Shown here piece by piece: positions 59,154 through 64,000 of a stretch of DNA of 64,000 nucleotides. The position numbers and the translations under genes are program-made. Where the stretch lies: contig CBDCWP010000039.1 in assembly GCA_965223505.1 (NCBI GenBank), positions 32,001 through 96,000 of the forward strand, in the 5' to 3' direction. Each line of letters opens with the position of its first letter. Positions within the stretch are counted from its first letter, which is position 1. The DNA comes from Planctomycetota bacterium. GTDB taxonomy: Bacteria; Planctomycetota; PLA2; JAEUHO01. Below the pieces are notes generated by a model that was not told the origin of the DNA, did no database searches, and was given only the letters and a program-made list of their open reading frames with translations.

Positions 59154-60031
59154 GACTGGTTGACGTGTCCCCGTTCGAGCCGGCGAAGGTGCCGTTCGAG
59201 GCCATCCTGCCACGACGGGATCGAAAGCCCCAGACCGGCGCGGATGCGTGCCGTCGACAGAACCGAGTTCGCCGGGCGCGTCGCCGGCGTCGGGTAGGCG
59301 GCCGTCGGAATCGCCTCGATCGGAACTGCCGACGTCAGCAGCCCGCAACCGAGTGCCTGCCGTTGGATCTCTTTCGCGAACGCGTGCCATGTGCACGCAC
59401 CGTCGTTCGCGTAGTGGTACGTCCCGTACGCTTGTTCCTCACGGGCGATGAAGGTCGTCAGCGTGGATGCGAGGTCGGCCGCGTAGGTGGGGCTGCCGCG
59501 CTGGTCGTCGACGACGCGCAGGCTCGGTCGCTCGGCCATGAGGCGCAGCATCGTGGCGACGAAGTTCGGCCCGCGCGGACCGTGCAGCCATGCGGTCCGA
59601 ACGATGAAGTGCCGCTCGCAGCCCGTCCGCACCAGCGCTTCCCCGGCGGCTTTGGTGCGTCCGTAGGCGCCGGCCGGGTCCACCGGGTCGTCGACCTCGT
59701 ACGCCCCGTCCTTCGACCCGCTGAAGACGTAGTCGGTCGAAACCTGGATCAGCCGCGCGCCGAGGCGGTCCGCTGCGCGGGCGAGATTGCCGGCGCCCAC
59801 GGCGTTGACCGCGCGCGCCCGCTCCTCCTCGGTCTCGGCGCGGTCGACGGCCGTGTAGGCGGCGCAGTTCACGATCCAATCCGGCCCGCGGCCGAGCGCG
59901 ATGCGCAGGACCTCGTCTTCCGACGCGATGTCCACCTCGACATCGGTCGAGAAGTGATCGAGCCGGCGCTCCTCGAGCACCGAGCGCACCTCGGCGCCCA
60001 GCATGCCGTCGCCGCCGACGAGCCAGATCAT
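59150..60031 (-). CDS. rfbD: dTDP-4-dehydrorhamnose reductase
   Basis: G.DGMLG, NCAAYTAVD.AE, STDYVF, YGRTK, DQRGSPT, PA.RP.NS.L. Confidence 0.95.
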   Translation of the reverse strand: MIWLVGGDGMLGAEVRSVLEERRLDHFSTDVEVDIASEDEVLRIALGRGPDWIVNCAAYTAVDRAETEEERARAVNAVGAGNLARAADRLGARLIQVSTDYVFSGSKDGAYEVDDPVDPAGAYGRTKAAGEALVRTGCERHFIVRTAWLHGPRGPNFVATMLRLMAERPSLRVVDDQRGSPTYAADLASTLTTFIAREEQAYGTYHYANDGACTWHAFAKEIQRQALGCGLLTSAVPIEAIPTAAYPTPATRPANSVLSTARIRAGLGLSIPSWQDGLERHLRRLERGHVNQS

Positions 60032-60588
60032 GAGGGCGAGGTCTCGAAGACGGACGCGTCGGCGAGCGCGGGCAGCGCCTCGTCGCGCTCGGACACGACG
60101 ACGTCGCGGATCGGCCAGTCGATCGCCAGGTCGGGGTCGTCCCAGCGAACGCCCTGCTCCGCGTCCGGGTCGTACTCGGCCGTGCACTTGTACTGGAAGT
60201 GCGCGCGCTCACTGGTGACGACGAACCCGTGGCCGAATCCGGGCGGCACGTAGAGCATCGTGTGATTGTCTTCGGACAGCTCGAGCCCGTACCAACGGCC
60301 GAAACGGTCGGAGTCCCTTCGCAGGTCGACGCAGACGTCGAAGACCGCGCCCTGTGTCACGCGAACGAGCTTGCCCTGTGCGTGCGGGGGGAGCTGATAG
60401 TGAATGCCGCGCAGCACGCCACGGGTCGAGACCGAGTGATTGTCTTGAACGAACGCGGTCGGGATGCCTGCTTCTTCGAACTCCGAGTGCTTGTAGCTCT
60501 CGAGGAAGTAGCCGCGCGGGTCCTCGAAGACCCGCGGCCGGATGACGACCGGCCCGTCGAGCGGTGTCGGCGAGAACTCGAAGGGCAC
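60028..60588 (-). CDS. rfbC: dTDP-4-dehydrorhamnose 3,5-epimerase
   Basis: FEDPRGYF.E, FVQDN.S.S..GVLRG.HYQ, QGKLVR, GFGHGF. Confidence 0.95.
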   Translation of the reverse strand: MPFEFSPTPLDGPVVIRPRVFEDPRGYFLESYKHSEFEEAGIPTAFVQDNHSVSTRGVLRGIHYQLPPHAQGKLVRVTQGAVFDVCVDLRRDSDRFGRWYGLELSEDNHTMLYVPPGFGHGFVVTSERAHFQYKCTAEYDPDAEQGVRWDDPDLAIDWPIRDVVVSERDEALPALADASVFETSPS

Positions 60589-61481
60589 TACTTGCCCTCT
60601 CCGAGAATCTCGAGGAGATAGTCGCCGTACGCGTTGGCGCCGTAGTCGCGCGCGAGCGCGGTGAGCGCTTCGTCGTCGATGAACCCCATGCGCCAGGCGA
60701 TCTCCTCGGGACAGGCGATCTTCAGACCCTGCCGCGCTTCGAGCGTCTGCACGTACGTGGACGCTTGGAGCAGCGACTCGTGCGTGCCCGTGTCGAGCCA
60801 GGCGAATCCGCGGGTGAGTGTCTCGACGTGCAGCCGGCCCTGCTCGAGGTACGTGCGGTTGACGTCGGTGATCTCGAGCTCGCCGCGTGCCGATGGCTGC
60901 AAGGCGGCCGCGATGTCCAGCACGTCGTTGTCGTAGAAGTACAGCCCGGTGACGGCGAACCTCGACTTGGGCCGCTCGGGCTTCTCTTCGATCGACAGCG
61001 CCCTGCCGTCCGGACCGAACGCCACGACGCCGTAGCGCTCGGGGTCGCGGACGGGATAGGCGAAGACGGTGGCGCCGTCCTCGCGCTTTGCGGCGGCTGC
61101 CAACACCCGGCTGAAGCCCTGGCCGTAGAAGATGTTGTCCCCCAGGACGAGCGCCGTCTTGTCGTCGCCGACGAACGCGCGGCCGATGAGGAAGGCCTGG
61201 GCCAGTCCGCCGGGCTCCGGCTGGACGGCGTAGCTGATCTCGATGCCCCATTGGCTACCGTCGCCGAGGAGCTGTTCGAAGAGCGGAACGTCGGTGGGGG
61301 TGGAGATGACCAGCACGTCCCGAATGCCGGCCAACATGAGGACCGAGAGCGGGTAGTAGATCATCGGCTTGTCGTAGACCGGCAGCAGCTGCTTGCTGAT
61401 CGACAGGGTGAGCGGTCGCAGCCGAGATCCCGATCCACCGGCCAGGATGATCCCCTTGGTTCGGGTGGGTCCGGTCGTCAC
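60588..61481 (-). CDS. rfbA: Glucose-1-phosphate thymidylyltransferase
   Basis: [57 protein letters not shown]. Confidence 0.96.
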   Translation of the reverse strand: MTTGPTRTKGIILAGGSGSRLRPLTLSISKQLLPVYDKPMIYYPLSVLMLAGIRDVLVISTPTDVPLFEQLLGDGSQWGIEISYAVQPEPGGLAQAFLIGRAFVGDDKTALVLGDNIFYGQGFSRVLAAAAKREDGATVFAYPVRDPERYGVVAFGPDGRALSIEEKPERPKSRFAVTGLYFYDNDVLDIAAALQPSARGELEITDVNRTYLEQGRLHVETLTRGFAWLDTGTHESLLQASTYVQTLEARQGLKIACPEEIAWRMGFIDDEALTALARDYGANAYGDYLLEILGEGK

Positions 61482-61700
61482 GGGGAAGCTGGCCCTCTCT
61501 CGGCGCAAACGGCGCGTGGTCGGCCCTCCGGGGCCGTTCGAGACGGCATCGTAGCCATCCGGTCGAATTCCTTGTGCGGTTTGCCGCCCAGCCTGGCTTA
61601 CAAGAGCGTGACCCCGTGACAACCGTGTGAAGGGCCCGGAGTCGAATTGACGCGGCCGGGCCGTACTGGTACGGGTTGCGTTCGGTTGGGAGGGACGTTC

Positions 61701-62786
61701 ATGTTTGTCAAGCGTCGTGCGGCCTTGGCCTGCCATCTGCTCGTGGGCCTGCTGGTCGTACTGCCGGCGTGTGCCCAGAAGTCGATCAGCCGCCCGAAGG
61801 CCGTGAAGAAGCTCCTTGTCGACTACACCGCGCCCGACGTCCACGACCCGGAGTTCACGCCGGTGCCCGAGGAAGAGCTCGCGGCGTTCGAGATGCCGGC
61901 TACGGAACCCTACCGGCTCGGCGTCGGCGACGTGGTGCTCGTTCGCATCATCTCGGCGGAGCCCGTGCCGGGGTTCGAAGGCGGCGTTCAGGCGCGCGTT
62001 GCCGAGGACGGCACCGTCCGGCTTCCGCGCGTCGGCAAGATCGACGCCCGCGACAAGACCGTGTTGGAGCTCGAAGACGCGCTGACCGAACCGTTTCAAA
62101 CCAAGGTCGTCAAAGACGCGCTGCCGAGCGTGACGGTCGCGGTCTTCGAGGCGCGCCGGTTCTTCGTGGTGGGGGAGGTCGGAACACCCGGCACGATGCC
62201 CGCCAACGGCACGACGACGCTCTTCGAGGCGTTGATCAGCGCGGGCGGTACGAATCTCGAGACCGCCGATCTCGAAGAGGCGTACGTGATCCGCGATCAC
62301 AAGCCGATTCCGTTCTCCATTCGCGACATCGTCATGCGCGGCCATCCCGCCGGACGGGTCGTCTTGCAGGAACACGACATCGTGTTCGTGCCGCACGTGA
62401 AGGACCGCACCGACTTCGTGTACGTGTTCGGCGAGGTCGGCAAGCAGGCCCGCGTGCCCATGGACCACAGTGGCCGACGCGGGACCGTCGGAAAGCTCAC
62501 GCTCGCTGCAGCGCTGGGCCAGGTCGGTGGGCTCAGCAATCGCGCCGACATCAACAGCATCACGATCTACCGCGGTGGTTGGCAGATGCCGAAGGAGTAC
62601 AAGATCGGCGTGCAGGACGTCTACCGCTACGGCACGCAGATCCACCTCCGTCCCGGCGACCGGATCGCGGTCGGCACGAGCAAGTCCGCGGCGTTCTCGG
62701 ACGCCATCGGACCGACGGTCGAGCTGCTGCGCGGCTCGTCTTCGGCGCTCTCCCTGGCGCTGAGCATCATCGCGCTGAACGACTAG
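61701..62786 (+). CDS. wza: Polysaccharide export lipoprotein (Wza/SLBB)
   Basis: Lipobox [27 protein letters not shown], two SLBB repeats. Confidence 0.85.
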   Translation: MFVKRRAALACHLLVGLLVVLPACAQKSISRPKAVKKLLVDYTAPDVHDPEFTPVPEEELAAFEMPATEPYRLGVGDVVLVRIISAEPVPGFEGGVQARVAEDGTVRLPRVGKIDARDKTVLELEDALTEPFQTKVVKDALPSVTVAVFEARRFFVVGEVGTPGTMPANGTTTLFEALISAGGTNLETADLEEAYVIRDHKPIPFSIRDIVMRGHPAGRVVLQEHDIVFVPHVKDRTDFVYVFGEVGKQARVPMDHSGRRGTVGKLTLAAALGQVGGLSNRADINSITIYRGGWQMPKEYKIGVQDVYRYGTQIHLRPGDRIAVGTSKSAAFSDAIGPTVELLRGSSSALSLALSIIALND

Positions 62787-62912
62787 TAGTTCCCGCGCCG
62801 CGCCGGTGCAACGGACGCTACCAAACTCCGAACCTGGCCCGAGCCTCGCAGACCCACCCTGCTGCCTCCCGGCGCGCGTTTTGCTAAATTGCCGCGCTAG
62901 GGAGAACTCGCG

Positions 62913-63764
62913 ATGCAAGGTGGTGATGCAGTGCAGACGGCCGATCAAGAAACGAAGACGCCGGCCCCCTCGGCCGACCCCAAGCCCCGCAGGGACAATG
63001 AGGTGCCCGAGCACTCGCCGTTCGACGTGACGCTCGACACCATCCTCCAGACGCTCGTCGAGCAGCAGCTTCCGGATCAGGCGAGCCAGTGCTTCGGCCG
63101 GATTCTCGGCGATTCGATGCCGCGCACGGCCGACGGAGACCGCTACGCCATTGCGGCCTCCGGCAAGTTCCACGGCTCGACGACGGGCGACCTGCTGGCG
63201 TACGCCAAGAAGAGCGAGCGTAGCGGCGCGTTGGTCATGGCCGAGCACGACGCCGAGCGCGTCCTGTACTTCTCGAAGGGTCGGCTGGTCGGTTCGACGT
63301 CCACGGTGCTGTTCGAGCGCTTGGGGCGATTGCTCTATCAAGCGGAGATCGTCAGCCACGAGGCGTCCGGGACGCTCGTCGACGCGGAGGAGGCGATGGG
63401 CGCACACGCCCTGCTGATGTGGATCTCGTCGGCGCATCTGCTCTGGGCCATCGAGCGTCGCGTGTGGGAGCTGGCCAACGCGGTTCACTTGATCAAGCGC
63501 GGCCACTTCGTCTTCATCGAGGGCGAGCCGAGCCTGGCGTGCCCCGCCGTGTCACTCGACCCCGTCGAGGTCGCGCAGGAAGGCGCACGCCGGCACGAGG
63601 AGCTGCGTCAGGGAACGGCCGACTCCAAGGAGATCTATCACCCCGCGGCGATGCGGGACGTTCCGCCGCCGATCGAGCGCGAGCTCCTGCCGATCGACAT
63701 CAGCGAAGAGACGCTCGGCGAGATCCTGAAGCGGATCCAGGAGTCCGACCCATTGCCCGCCTAG
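62913..63764 (+). CDS. DUF4388 (PatA_N-like) domain protein
   Basis: DLL......RSGAL......[10 protein letters not shown]......ERLGRLL; start uncertain. Confidence 0.65.
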   Translation: MQGGDAVQTADQETKTPAPSADPKPRRDNEVPEHSPFDVTLDTILQTLVEQQLPDQASQCFGRILGDSMPRTADGDRYAIAASGKFHGSTTGDLLAYAKKSERSGALVMAEHDAERVLYFSKGRLVGSTSTVLFERLGRLLYQAEIVSHEASGTLVDAEEAMGAHALLMWISSAHLLWAIERRVWELANAVHLIKRGHFVFIEGEPSLACPAVSLDPVEVAQEGARRHEELRQGTADSKEIYHPAAMRDVPPPIERELLPIDISEETLGEILKRIQESDPLPA

Positions 63765-64000
63765 CGGCCGCGCTCGCGCTCGTACCACTCGACCGTTCGG
63801 GCCAGGCCTTCTTCCAGCGACGTCCCGGCCTCGAATCCGATGCGCTCGCGGGCGCGTGTCGTGTCCAAGCACCGCCGCGGTTGGCCGTCGGGCATGTTCG
63901 CGTCCCACTGCAACTCGCCGCGAAAGCCCGTCGCCGTCCGAATGGTCTCGGCCAGATCACGGATGGAGACCTCGTGTCCCGACCCGAGGTTCATCGGGTC
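63761..64000 (-). CDS. fcl: GDP-L-fucose synthase, C-terminal part (truncated by window end)
   Basis: NLGSG.EVSIRDLAE.I....GF.G...WD...PDGQPRR.LD. Confidence 0.82.
   Translation of the reverse strand, partial: DPMNLGSGHEVSIRDLAETIRTATGFRGELQWDANMPDGQPRRCLDTTRARERIGFEAGTSLEEGLARTVEWYERERGR

Noticed and set aside
61500..61620. c-di-GMP-I (GEMM) riboswitch suggested by GGCAAACC on the minus strand upstream of rfbA
   Set aside because: Lacks the following GNRA-capped stem and GCAAAG..GG.CTAA elements
18255..64000. Integrative element/genomic island anchored at tRNA-Arg
   Set aside because: I found no integrase, transposase or distal att copy in the window, and GC is mostly uniform; cannot be supported here

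Overview
High-GC bacterial genomic window. Family content suggests a Planctomycetota-like organism; this is an inference and was not verified. It has three parts. (1) 1-10.6 kb: the 3' end of hemN, an MSMEG_0568-like radical SAM gene, and an anaerobic benzoyl-CoA pathway operon (had-oah-dch-bcrCBAD, class I ATP-dependent reductase) followed by an SDR and a BadL-like GNAT. (2) 10.7-20.4 kb: mixed genes (serine hydrolase, MtfA peptidase, class III cyclase, split spermidine-synthase-like pair, CBS protein, secreted protein), a GTAG-type REP cluster, and a tRNA-Arg(CCT) flanked by a duplicated promoter plus 5' half and by tandem 3'-half repeats. (3) 20.5-64 kb: a >43 kb Wzx/Wzy-type exopolysaccharide/PEP-CTERM locus with its own PAPS cycle (sat-cysC, two sulfotransferases, cysQ), rhamnose and fucose precursor genes, many decorating enzymes and two exosortase/EpsI pairs, one of which has lost its catalytic Cys and His. 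All calls come from motif recognition by eye; no database searches were run.
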